DNA from: Pyrodictium delaneyi
GTDB taxonomy: Archaea; Thermoproteota; Thermoprotei_A; Sulfolobales; Pyrodictiaceae
Reading direction: 5' to 3'
DNA: 32,000 bases
Assembly (NCBI RefSeq): GCF_001412615.1
Contig: NZ_CP013011.1
Location: 90,001-122,000, forward strand
Shown here: piece by piece, positions 1 to 8,602 of the stretch
Layout of the letters: every line of letters starts with the position of its first letter
Position numbering within the stretch: position 1 is the stretch's first letter
The notes under the pieces: model-generated
The model's database searches: none
The model's input: the letters and a program-made list of their open reading frames with translations, nothing else
What the model was told of the DNA's origin: nothing
Program-made: the position numbers and the translations under genes

Positions 1-408
1 GTTGCATACGTCGATGTAGCTACAGTCAGCTATCCGCAGAACACTAGAGGGGTGCGTCTCAATAACTACAACGCCGGCTTTTTCTAGTGCTTCTTTGAGC
101 TTTATTGCTCTTAGGGCGAGCTTCCGCATCGAGCTAAGCGTAAGTGGGAGGAGACGTCCGCCAAGAGATAACAGCTGGCGCTCAACATTACGGAAACCTT
201 GCCCTTCAGGAGGCAATGATAGTGGTGCATCGATAGCAACCATCCTAGCGTGGTCTCTGAGGATCAACTCGGTTATTTCGGCGTCGCTATAGAGCATTGT
301 AAGCCTCTTTATGTGCAAATGCTCAGTGGGAGAAGTAGTGCATACAATTGCTACGCCGCTAGGCCTCCTAGGAGAAGCAGCTAGGTCTACTCCTGCAAAG
401 CAGGGCAA
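1..408 (-). CDS. RNase H-fold DUF429/COG2410-like protein, N-terminal part (gene runs off the left edge)
   Basis: Not in the ORF track. Hand translation of the minus strand from TTG 408-406 (in-frame stop TAA at 447-445 upstream) gives (M)PCFAGVDLAASPRRPSGVAIVCTTSPTEHLHIKRLTMLYSDAEITELILRDHARMVAIDAPLSLPPEGQGFRNVERQLLSLGGRLLPLTLSSMRKLALRAIKLKEALEKAGVVVIETHPSSVL... and stays open to position 1. The GxDLAxxxxRPSGxA and AIDAPLSLP motifs resemble the DUF429 family as I remember it. The gene overlaps the 3' end of the upstream DHH gene by 22 nt. Confidence 0.45.
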   Translation of the reverse strand, partial: MPCFAGVDLAASPRRPSGVAIVCTTSPTEHLHIKRLTMLYSDAEITELILRDHARMVAIDAPLSLPPEGQGFRNVERQLLSLGGRLLPLTLSSMRKLALRAIKLKEALEKAGVVVIETHPSSVLRIADCSYIDVCN

Positions 409-1385
409 CCGCCTAGCTCCTCCACTGCTTTTTCCACTAGACGCTTAGCATAGTACAACCTTGCTCTAGGCCAGAAGAAAGCCAGTACCTTATAGTATAG
501 GGGCATCTCCAGAGGAGCACCAGCTGCACGCGGGTGGCCACCACCACCGAGTCTCACGGCTATCTCTCGCACGTTGATGTTCCGGGAGCGAAGGCTTATG
601 CCGCGCCCCTTGCGCCTCACGATAACAGCGATGTCTCCAGAGTAGCGGTCGAGAAGACTATTCCCTAGGATACTAGCGTTAGGTGGACCGGAGCGTTTAA
701 GCACAAACAGTATACGGCAACCACGTATATCAGCTACAATAACGTTTCTCAGCGCCTCGTTGAACCCGGCAAACTCTTTCTCCAGGTACTCGTTAAGAGC
801 ATCATCGAGTTCTGGCCACCAAAAACTGCCCTCCCAGAAGCCACGTAGTATCATGCGCTTCCACTTGTCGCCTTTCCCGCCACGGTAACGGTCTATAACG
901 CGATACAGGCGGGGTGCAAGCGGGTCGTCCCACTTCCATAGGTCGGCTGCACATGTCGCCCTGACAAGTCTTGTTATGAAATCGTCGGGCTCTGCTTCGA
1001 GTTCTTGTGGTGCGTACTTAGCAACAACACCAGCAGCACAAGTGGAGGTGTCTATATAGGCTTTGACGCCTAGCGATTTTAGGCTTTTTATCCACTCTTC
1101 TTTCCACCGGTGATGGTCGTACCACTCTACTACTATACCCTTCTTCCTTAAAGCAGCTATGGAGTTGAGTACATCGTTAAACGTGCCAGTATTTGGACCC
1201 AGATCCATTATTGCCATTCTAGCTGTGTCACCTATATCGGGTAGCACGCGGTGTAACTTGTAGGGCTCAGCAAATATCACAGATGCATCCACGTCAGGCT
1301 CTGCGCCGGCTAGACGTAGATATATAGCGGCTGCAGCAATACCGTCTAGATCAGTATGAGTGATTATTGTATAGCGTTGTGTCAC
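387..1385 (-). CDS. DHH/DHHA1-family phosphoesterase
   Basis: 332-aa ORF with a GTG start. DHH motif I is THTDLDG and motif III is WYDHHRW. The DHHA1 signature GGGHPRAAG lies near the C-terminus. Confidence 0.8.
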   Translation of the reverse strand: MTQRYTIITHTDLDGIAAAAIYLRLAGAEPDVDASVIFAEPYKLHRVLPDIGDTARMAIMDLGPNTGTFNDVLNSIAALRKKGIVVEWYDHHRWKEEWIKSLKSLGVKAYIDTSTCAAGVVAKYAPQELEAEPDDFITRLVRATCAADLWKWDDPLAPRLYRVIDRYRGGKGDKWKRMILRGFWEGSFWWPELDDALNEYLEKEFAGFNEALRNVIVADIRGCRILFVLKRSGPPNASILGNSLLDRYSGDIAVIVRRKGRGISLRSRNINVREIAVRLGGGGHPRAAGAPLEMPLYYKVLAFFWPRARLYYAKRLVEKAVEELGGCPALQE

Positions 1386-1547
1386 GCCGCATTCCTCCCC
1401 TTCTCAGACCCCAGTTATGTTGGCGGAGCTAATCATCCGTGCCCCTATAGGTGTTCAGCTCGCCTCCAGTGTTTCGAGCATAAACTGTGTGGCCTAGAAG
1501 AGCCTTGGTTAGTAATGTAGAGCCTCAGCGACGCCGACCCCGCTCAT

Positions 1548-1598
1548 AGCCCCGGGAGTGGGGCTCACGCCGGTGTCTATCTTCACCGGCTACTCGCC
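1548..1598. repeat. GC-rich hairpin element, copy A
   Basis: AGCCCC-gggagt-GGGGCT hairpin (1548-1565), then a second hairpin GCCGGTG-tctatctt-CACCGGC (1569-1590), then CTACTCGCC (1590-1598). The core and the 9-mer recur at 13684-13732, and the core recurs at 26142-26164. It lies in a 315-nt divergent spacer with no credible ORF. Confidence 0.4.
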
Positions 1599-1699
1599 AA
1601 GATGGATATAGGCTAGCATCGCCACTCCTAATATAGTATCACGCTATTGCCGAGAGGAAGGGAGTTCAAGGCTGCGGCATAGAAGGGTGTATAAAGGCC

Positions 1700-2560
1700 T
1701 TGGTTATAGTCGATAGGGCTCGAATATCATCCGTAGCCCGAGCGCTAAGAAATATACCGGCTTCCGCAATCGACGTCATAGAGCTCAATGACCCTCAGTA
1801 CGTGGCAGTAAAGAAGCTAGTATATGTGCACGGAGATAGAGCTGTCGCGTTTGCAGTAGCTAACGCATTAGTCAGCTATAGGCTTAGCTTGCCTGGCGAG
1901 AGGTACTGGTTAGAATTCGCTGAATGGGCTTCACGTATCCAGACCCCCTCCACCGGCAAGGATCTGGTAGACGCTATGAAGCTCTTCCTTGCAGAGAGCC
2001 GTGGCAATAGAATGGTCACGGTCCAGAAGGCTAGAAGGCTGGAACGGGCCTCCAGGATTCTCGAAAGCATACTACAGGAACCAGGGCGATATAGAGACCT
2101 AAGTGTCCTAGTCAGAGAACTAGCAGACGCGCTTGGCGCCCGCCCCGAGGAGAAAACCATAGTATTCGCGGCCAAGATGGCCTACTATGCCTACAGAGCG
2201 CTAGGCATAGATGTAGTGGGCAAAGATGACATACCCATACCGCTAGACAGACGCATGGCCCTATTAACATCGGCCTCGGGCATTATAGGTGCTCCCCCTG
2301 ACAAGGTGTTCACAAGGTATAGGTTAGACGCAGTCAGAGCATGGCATGAAGTATCGCGCGAGTCGGGTATACCGGCACTACACTTAGACGCTGTAGTCTG
2401 GCTTCCAGCGCACGGTATAGAAAGACATCTACGAAGAGGACTAGAGTATGCACGCGATGAGTTTGCTCGTAAACTGGTAGGCTACAGTAAGGGTATCGTG
2501 GACTGGAGCACAGCCAGGCAAATAGCGAGTCAAGTGATATACCGTGATCCCTACGCCTAG
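1700..2560 (+). CDS. archaeal 8-oxoguanine DNA glycosylase/AP lyase (AGOG family, HhH-GPD superfamily)
   Basis: 286-aa ORF with a TTG start. Blocks NDPQYVAVKKLV, NALVSYRLS, GARPEEKTIVFAAKMAYYAY, IPIPLDRRMALLT and GIPALHLDAVVWL match my recollection of Pyrobaculum AGOG (DPQYRAV, NALISYRL, GARREQKTLVF, IPIPVDYRVARL, GIPPLHLDTLLWL). Confidence 0.8.
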   Translation: MVIVDRARISSVARALRNIPASAIDVIELNDPQYVAVKKLVYVHGDRAVAFAVANALVSYRLSLPGERYWLEFAEWASRIQTPSTGKDLVDAMKLFLAESRGNRMVTVQKARRLERASRILESILQEPGRYRDLSVLVRELADALGARPEEKTIVFAAKMAYYAYRALGIDVVGKDDIPIPLDRRMALLTSASGIIGAPPDKVFTRYRLDAVRAWHEVSRESGIPALHLDAVVWLPAHGIERHLRRGLEYARDEFARKLVGYSKGIVDWSTARQIASQVIYRDPYA

Positions 2561-4302
2561 CCGTTGGCGGGGATAGACCTTACTATAGACTCGTATACCT
2601 CGTCCACACTCCTTGCCGCAGCTATGCTCGACTCCCAGAGGCGATGTCGTGTAACACGCTCAAGCACATCTAGTATGCGCTCTAGATTATCGCAGCCAGC
2701 AAAGTCTAGCCCCTCGCCAGGCGAAGGTAGGAGTCTACCGTGGCTAGTCACGCGAAAAATATCTAGCTTTTCGAGGATAGTAATTGCCTCCTGACAGTTG
2801 CCTCCTTTAGCCCTATTCTCTGCCTCTCGTATCGTTCTTAGATCGCTTAGGTACAGTAGCGGGGGCGCAATATAGCTCTCTAGCTCTACAGCCCCAGAAC
2901 GCTTTTCGCTATAGACCACGGTCGGTAGGACCCTGTTAAGCCTACGATATGAGTTTGCGAGTATATGATGGAGTCCATGTGCTTCGGCTATCGATATTGC
3001 CCGCTGCAGCCTATAGAGGCTCGCTGCTAGCGGGGGAAAATCGCGAAGGTGTATGTATAGCTCCTTTGCGTACTCACTGTAGCTAAACGCCTTCCAGCCC
3101 CTCTCTAGCAGCTCTATGGCGGCTTCTGTGTAGAGTTTTACGAGCGTAGCCAATTTGTTGTAGTCTAGCTTCTCTGGTGTATCTACGTCTGTATGATAGA
3201 ACTCCAGCCACGTGTCGTAGCCCATGACTGTAGCGGCTTCGATGCCCAGAGACGAGAAACTGTAGCTATCACTATCAGTAGTATCGGGCTCGAGCGAGCT
3301 AAACTTGAACCCTATTCTATCCGCGAGATGTGCCAGGATGCGCTTAAGCATGCTGGTAGAGTAGAGCGAGACGCTACTAGCTCCGGCAATGTCAAAGTTT
3401 AGGACCGCTACTACGTTGTCTAGTATCCCCATAGCCTCGAGCATCTCGGCGTACTTACGCGAGCCATAGGCCCAGTACCAGCCAGGAAGCCCAGGGTCGC
3501 CAAACTCTTCAGCAGTAAAACTGACGAGCCTTACACGCCCCACACCGCGCCTAGAAGAGAGAAGCCTAGCTACAGCCAGTATAGCAGCTACACCAGCCAG
3601 GTTGTCATTAGCCCCAGAGAGCCAATGATCATGGTGAGCAGACACTATAACCTCGTAATCTCCACTCCCAAGCTCTAGAATAGCTTCGACCGTATACCCA
3701 TACCCGCTCTCTAAGCGCCCTCCATGCACTAGTTTAAGACGTCTACACTCTACTATCTTCCGGGAGTCTTCACGCCTAATATGCACGACAGGTATACCAG
3801 CTAGTCCTGTAGAAGACAACGTAAATGGTGCATCAACTACAACTATCCGTCTAAACCTCCCAGGGAACTGGTCGTAGAATACTAAACCTATTGCACCCCG
3901 AGCCCGGGCAACACGATAGAAAGCCACAGCCTCGTCGGGATCCAGGGGAGCCTCAGAGACCACTATTCTCCCTGCTACGTCCCTTTCACGTAACTCGTCT
4001 AGCCCCTGGATAACTACAGTTTCTCCCTCAACTACTCCACCCGGATATGCGGGCCACGCTACGGCCTGGAGCTCGGAGCCACAGCCATAGACACTAGACC
4101 CCTCGTCGCTCCAAACCACCACTGGGACCCCTATGAGTCTTGCAGTCAAGTTGAGCTGTTCTTCGAATATGCTCTTAATTTCCTCCGCGAGACGGTGCTC
4201 GGCACGTGTACCGGCCGGAGCCTCGCCATGAACAATAAGTCGATTAATTGTAGACTGTAGCATATCTATGATGCTGTTGGTTGTCTGCAAAGTGTCTATC
4301 AC
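2557..4302 (-). CDS. M28-family zinc aminopeptidase with N-terminal PA-like region and long helical C-terminal domain
   Basis: 581-aa ORF with a GTG start. The M28 metal-ligand pattern is present: SAHHDHW, GANDNLAGV, FTAEEFG, NFDIAG, YHTDVDTPEKL. About 180 aa of additional helical sequence follows the catalytic domain. Confidence 0.8.
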   Translation of the reverse strand: MIDTLQTTNSIIDMLQSTINRLIVHGEAPAGTRAEHRLAEEIKSIFEEQLNLTARLIGVPVVVWSDEGSSVYGCGSELQAVAWPAYPGGVVEGETVVIQGLDELRERDVAGRIVVSEAPLDPDEAVAFYRVARARGAIGLVFYDQFPGRFRRIVVVDAPFTLSSTGLAGIPVVHIRREDSRKIVECRRLKLVHGGRLESGYGYTVEAILELGSGDYEVIVSAHHDHWLSGANDNLAGVAAILAVARLLSSRRGVGRVRLVSFTAEEFGDPGLPGWYWAYGSRKYAEMLEAMGILDNVVAVLNFDIAGASSVSLYSTSMLKRILAHLADRIGFKFSSLEPDTTDSDSYSFSSLGIEAATVMGYDTWLEFYHTDVDTPEKLDYNKLATLVKLYTEAAIELLERGWKAFSYSEYAKELYIHLRDFPPLAASLYRLQRAISIAEAHGLHHILANSYRRLNRVLPTVVYSEKRSGAVELESYIAPPLLYLSDLRTIREAENRAKGGNCQEAITILEKLDIFRVTSHGRLLPSPGEGLDFAGCDNLERILDVLERVTRHRLWESSIAAARSVDEVYESIVRSIPANG

Positions 4303-4449
4303 GCCCCACTAAGAAAAGCAATATAGCTACAATAATGATATACGTGCATGGCGCTATGGGTAACTAATTTATAACACTAGACTGCTATGTAGAGAAAATC
4401 ATGATATGGTTAAAGGTAGTCGATGTAGTAACTTTGTCTCTCAGACGTA

Positions 4450-6273
4450 CTAGAGTGTGATGGCATAAGTCGGGTTCTGCTTCCTCTTAATCTTTATTAT
4501 CTCCTTTAGCACTACTTTCTCGTCATCAGTGAGCTCGCTCTTGTACTTTGTAAGCCACATTATAGCGTGCTTCTCCGGTATATCTGTGTAAAGTACGTCA
4601 CCCTCGTCTATGTGGCGTCCAACAAGTACGTGGCCACGTATAGATATTGCGACAGCCATACCTGCCCTAGCTTCTTGCACGGTCTTACCGCGATCTTGTA
4701 TCTGGTGTACAGTCCCTATCCTCTTCCCGTCTTCTCTCATAAGCGGGTATCCGGGCTTTATGACGCCACCCAACACCTCGACGCCCACGATAGCCGGGTT
4801 ACTGCGTCTAAACACGTATCCAGGTATGATCCGTATCTTGCCTGGCCGTATCAACTGCTCGAGTTCCTTCCTCCTTTCCGCCTCTATCTGCTCGCGGTAC
4901 CACTTCTCGAAGTCTTCGAGCAGTTGGTAGATAACGTTATGCCGGAATATCTTAATCTCATGCCTTTCTGCTTCAGCCTCCGCCTCGGGGAGCACCTTCA
5001 CGTTAAACGCTAGTATTACGGCATAGAATTTGTTAATCTCCTTGCTAGCTACAGCCTCTATGACATCACGCTTAGCTACAGGGCCTACGTCAGCATAGCG
5101 TATCGGTATATTCTTCCTACGAAGCGCCTCCACAAGAGCCTCGAGACTGCCTAATGTGTCTGCCTTGACGACTACACCCTCGGCTTCGGTCTTTATACGT
5201 AGAGCCTCTATCTCGCGTCGTATCTTCTCCGCCAGCTGCTTGGCTTCCTCCTCGCTCGTAGCAACATATATCGGTGCACCGGCTACAGCCTTTTCGATGT
5301 CCGGAGCTACCACACGTACACCAGCTGCGGCATATACTTCGTCGACGGGCTCGAGCTCGCGTTTTGCCACACGTATCTCCTGGAGAGGCTTTGGCATGAG
5401 GAGGGCACGTACACGTGTTATAACAGGTCCCTCGAGCCCGCCTGTTACTATCAAGTCTCCGCGCTTCAGTACACCGTCATAGATTATGACGTCAGCAGCA
5501 GTGCCGAGTCCTGGCTGCTCGCGCAGCTCTAGTATGACACCCTTCGCGGGCCCCTCGGCGAAGCGGAGCCTATTCTGGAGATACCTCTGAGCGAGACCAG
5601 CTAGTACAGCAAGCAGCTCCGCTATACCCTCGCCAGTCTTAGCAGAAATAGGTATGACTGCTACTGTGCGTGTAAAGTCTTTTACGCGATCGAATCTATC
5701 AGCCTGGAAGCCCACCTCATAGAGCTTGGCTATCACGTTGTCCCATAGCCGCCTCTCTAACTCCTCTTGCACCCACTGAGGTTGCTTACGGTAGGATACG
5801 ATGAACGGTGTGTTCGGGTTAGACTTCCAGCCCGGGATCTTGTCTATCTTGTTTGCTGCTACTATGAATGGTACACGGCGCTGCTTAAGTATCTCTATGG
5901 ACTCGTAGGTCTGGGGCTGGAACCCCTCATTGATATCTACGACCAGTATAGCAAAGTCTGCGACGCTGCCACCACGACGCCGAAGATTGGTGAACAGCTC
6001 GTGGCCCGGCGTATCTATGAAGAGTAGTCCGGGGATAATCAGCTTGAAGGGTATAAGCTTCTTCAGAGGCTCGGCTAGCTTCTCTATAACGCTTGCTGGC
6101 ACAACGCTAGCGCCGACGTGCTGTGTGATGAGCCCCGGCTCCTTAGCGGTGACAGCTGTGCCCCTTATGCGGTCGAGAAGCGTAGTCTTACCATGGTCTA
6201 CGTGACCTAGTACGACTACTATGGGCTGTCTAAGCCGTTTACCGGTTGACTGCTCCCTCGCTTCTCCGGCCAA
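4450..6273 (-). CDS. infB: translation initiation factor aIF5B (IF-2 homologue)
   Basis: 607-aa ORF with a TTG start. GTPase motifs are [18 protein letters not shown] and NKID. Length and domain order are typical of aIF5B. Confidence 0.95.
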   Translation of the reverse strand: MAGEAREQSTGKRLRQPIVVVLGHVDHGKTTLLDRIRGTAVTAKEPGLITQHVGASVVPASVIEKLAEPLKKLIPFKLIIPGLLFIDTPGHELFTNLRRRGGSVADFAILVVDINEGFQPQTYESIEILKQRRVPFIVAANKIDKIPGWKSNPNTPFIVSYRKQPQWVQEELERRLWDNVIAKLYEVGFQADRFDRVKDFTRTVAVIPISAKTGEGIAELLAVLAGLAQRYLQNRLRFAEGPAKGVILELREQPGLGTAADVIIYDGVLKRGDLIVTGGLEGPVITRVRALLMPKPLQEIRVAKRELEPVDEVYAAAGVRVVAPDIEKAVAGAPIYVATSEEEAKQLAEKIRREIEALRIKTEAEGVVVKADTLGSLEALVEALRRKNIPIRYADVGPVAKRDVIEAVASKEINKFYAVILAFNVKVLPEAEAEAERHEIKIFRHNVIYQLLEDFEKWYREQIEAERRKELEQLIRPGKIRIIPGYVFRRSNPAIVGVEVLGGVIKPGYPLMREDGKRIGTVHQIQDRGKTVQEARAGMAVAISIRGHVLVGRHIDEGDVLYTDIPEKHAIMWLTKYKSELTDDEKVVLKEIIKIKRKQNPTYAITL

Positions 6274-6378
6274 AGTAGCGTCACCCAGGCTACGAGTCGT
6301 ACAGCTACCCCACTATAACGTAATAGCCCCTATACTCTTCGCTCATTGATGCGCACCGTGTCTCCAACGAACTAAATA

Positions 6379-6467
6379 AGGGGGCCAGACTTCCCGGAAG
6401 CCATGGCCCTCCGCTAGGAGGGATGCTGGGCCCGCCTAAGGGCCCGGGGATGAACCCCCTGGAGGTG
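6379..6467 (+). promoter_or_regulatory. GC-rich structured leader immediately upstream of rps6e, including the Shine-Dalgarno sequence
   Basis: AGGGGG (6379-6384) and CCCCCT (6455-6460) enclose two 6-bp GC hairpins: CCCTCC-gcta-GGAGGG (6407-6422) and GGGCCC-gcctaa-GGGCCC (6428-6445). GGAGGTG (6461-6467) lies 9 nt before the GTG start at 6477. A 15-codon uORF (ATG 6423 to TAA 6470) spans the structure. Confidence 0.3.
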
Positions 6468-6476
6468 TAAGGTAGA

Positions 6477-7130
6477 GTGCCAGAGTTCAAGATAGTAATA
6501 TCGGACCCAGAGGCTAAGGCGGACTCTCCCGTAGCCAAGGTCAAGATCAAGGGAGACGAGAACATAGAGTATGGCGAGGAGGAGAAGAGCCAGCGCAAGC
6601 TGCCAGTATGCAAAGCCAACCCCAAGTTAATAGAAAAGCTCGGAGCAGTACACAACATAATAACCGTGAGGATAAAGAAGGAGGAGAAGAAGATCAAACA
6701 CACCTGCAAAGTCGTAGCCGACGCTGAAGTACCAGAGGACGAAGTCCGAGTAAGCCTCGAGTGGCTCGGAGATGCTGCAGGTGTGGAGGAGGCTGAGGGC
6801 GAGGTATTCCGAGCCAAGGCCTGGCAGATAACGGTGGCAAGCCCCCAGGCAGATCAACTAATAGGCCTAAAGATAGGTGACACCTTTGACGGCGAAATAG
6901 TAGGACTCTCAGGCTACAAGCTCAAAATAAGAGGCGGCAGCGATAACAGCGGCTTCCCAATGCTCCCCTCGATACCAGGTCCCGTGAAGAAGCGTGTACT
7001 TCTATCAGGCCCGCCGGGCTTCCATCCGCGCGAGAAGGGAGAGAGAAGAAGAAAGACAGTCCGCGGCAATACGATAACACATGATATAGTTCAGATAAAC
7101 ACAGTAATAGTCTACCCAGAGAAGAAGTAG
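6477..7130 (+). CDS. rps6e: 30S ribosomal protein S6e (long crenarchaeal form)
   Basis: The N-terminus is MPEFKIVISDPE. The C-terminal core reads LIGLKIGDTFDG...GYKLKIRGGSDNSGFPM...GERRRKTVRGNTI..DIVQINTVIV. An SD GGAGGTG lies upstream. Confidence 0.9.
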   Translation: MPEFKIVISDPEAKADSPVAKVKIKGDENIEYGEEEKSQRKLPVCKANPKLIEKLGAVHNIITVRIKKEEKKIKHTCKVVADAEVPEDEVRVSLEWLGDAAGVEEAEGEVFRAKAWQITVASPQADQLIGLKIGDTFDGEIVGLSGYKLKIRGGSDNSGFPMLPSIPGPVKKRVLLSGPPGFHPREKGERRRKTVRGNTITHDIVQINTVIVYPEKK

Positions 7131-7330
7131 CTCAAGAATCTTTGACCTCTTGCAATGAGGCATACACGTTTGCATATGCATGTCGAGAAGTGCGTTTTTA
7201 AAGGACGCCTCCGTCCTGGCTTACTTCGTTTTCCGTTATCTAATAGAATCTTTCCACTAACTTCCATGGCCGCGAGACAAGCCTACCTTCTTTATTCCCT
7301 TAGTACAGCCCACTAAGGAGTGGGGGTGTA

Positions 7331-8602
7331 GTGGTATTGGCGAAGTTCGATATGGATGAGATTGAGGCACAGCGGCGGCGGCAGCCAGAGGTAAACATAG
7401 GCACGGCTGGCCATGTAGACCATGGTAAGACTACGCTGGTTCAAGCTCTCACCGGCGTCTGGACGGCGAAGCATAGCGAAGAACTAAAGAGAGGAATGAC
7501 TATCAAGCTAGGCTATGCTGAGGGCGAGATATGGTATTGTGAGGGCGTTGAGGGGCCAGAAGCTTATCAGCCCTTCCCCGAGCTATGCCCTGAGGGTTCT
7601 GTCCCTAAGCTGCTCCGCAAGGTGTCCTATGTCGATGCTCCTGGCCACGAGATACTAATGGCTACAATGCTATCTGGTGCAGCCCTAATGGATGGTGCAT
7701 TGCTAGTCATAGCTGCAAACGAGAAGTGTCCACAGCCTCAGACCTATGAGCACCTAATGGCGCTTGACATAGTTGGGGTGCACAAGCTAGTCATAGTACA
7801 GAATAAGGTTGATGTAGTCACACCGGAAAGGGCCCGAGAGAGCTACCAGGAGATAAAAGAGTTTGTAAAGGGTACATTCGCCGAAAACGCGCCCATAATA
7901 CCCGTAAGCGCTCTACACCGCGTCAATGTAGATGTAGTGTTAATGGCTATGGAGCACCTCATGCCTACACCGCAGCGTGATCCGGCAAAGCCACCGCTAA
8001 TGTTCATAGCTAGAAGCTTCGACGTAAACAAGCCGGGTACACCGGTCGAGGAACTACGAGGGGGCGTGGTAGGCGGCTCGCTCATACAAGGTGTTCTGCG
8101 CGTCGGTGATGAGATAGAGATTGTGCCAGGTGTGCGTGTCGAAGAGCGTGGTCGTGTACGCTACGAGCCCCTCGTCACAGAGGTTACAAGTCTACGGTTC
8201 GGCAATCTAGAGGTGGATGAAGCAAGGCCAGGCGGGCTTGTGGCTGTGGGCACGAAGCTAGACCCTGCAGTAGCTAAGGCTGACAATCTTGTAGGTAACA
8301 TACTGGGTAAGCCGGGTCACCTACCACCGGTACGCGATACTATAAGGCTAGAATACTATATGCTCGAGCGTGTAGTAGGTGCTCGCGAGCTCGTCAAGGT
8401 GCCACCTCTACGGCAGAGAGAGATAGTAATGCTAACAGTGGGTACAGCAATTACTCTTGGTGTAGTGACTAGTCTAGGCAAGGATGAGATAGAGGTGAAG
8501 CTCCGCCGGCCAGTAGCAGCCTGGGAGGGTGCCCGGGTAGCGATATCGAGGCAGGTTCTAGGACGCTGGAGGCTGGTTGGATGGGGTATAGTAAAAGGCT
8601 AA
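7331..8602 (+). CDS. eif2g: translation initiation factor aIF2 gamma subunit
   Basis: 423-aa ORF with a GTG start, preceded by AAGGAGTGGGGGTG. GTPase motifs are [16 protein letters not shown] and QNKVD. It sits in the conserved position after rps6e. Confidence 0.95.
   Translation: MVLAKFDMDEIEAQRRRQPEVNIGTAGHVDHGKTTLVQALTGVWTAKHSEELKRGMTIKLGYAEGEIWYCEGVEGPEAYQPFPELCPEGSVPKLLRKVSYVDAPGHEILMATMLSGAALMDGALLVIAANEKCPQPQTYEHLMALDIVGVHKLVIVQNKVDVVTPERARESYQEIKEFVKGTFAENAPIIPVSALHRVNVDVVLMAMEHLMPTPQRDPAKPPLMFIARSFDVNKPGTPVEELRGGVVGGSLIQGVLRVGDEIEIVPGVRVEERGRVRYEPLVTEVTSLRFGNLEVDEARPGGLVAVGTKLDPAVAKADNLVGNILGKPGHLPPVRDTIRLEYYMLERVVGARELVKVPPLRQREIVMLTVGTAITLGVVTSLGKDEIEVKLRRPVAAWEGARVAISRQVLGRWRLVGWGIVKG

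Noticed and set aside
95-292. 65-aa plus-strand ORF in the track
   Set aside because: It lies antisense to a much better minus-strand reading frame (DUF429-like, 1-408) and has Arg/Ser-rich, low-information composition.
4381-4450. Possible C/D box sRNAs (here, and at 9800-9830 and 22545-22620)
   Set aside because: Only partial box-C-like strings are present (ATGATAT, ATGATGG, ATGATGT). None has a correctly spaced CTGA D or D' box on the same strand.
4567-6205. Five plus-strand ORFs (86-148 aa) inside infB
   Set aside because: All are antisense shadows of the aIF5B gene. None has motifs or a plausible start context.
6305-6817. 170-aa and 76-aa minus-strand ORFs opposite rps6e and its leader
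   Set aside because: The sequence is Ser/Pro/Thr-rich and low-complexity, typical of antisense frames in GC-rich coding DNA. The plus strand encodes an unmistakable S6e.
6540-6840. ~100-aa insertion in S6e relative to the short euryarchaeal protein
   Set aside because: As far as I recall, long S6e proteins with an insertion after the VISDP block are normal in Crenarchaeota (Sulfolobus has a similar ~210-aa form). This is lineage-typical rather than novel.
7155-7316. 53-codon ORF (MRHTRLHMHVEKCVFKGRLRPGLL...) in the rps6e-eif2g spacer
   Set aside because: It has no SD and an odd basic, low-complexity composition. It overlaps the likely eif2g promoter and SD region. I consider it non-coding.
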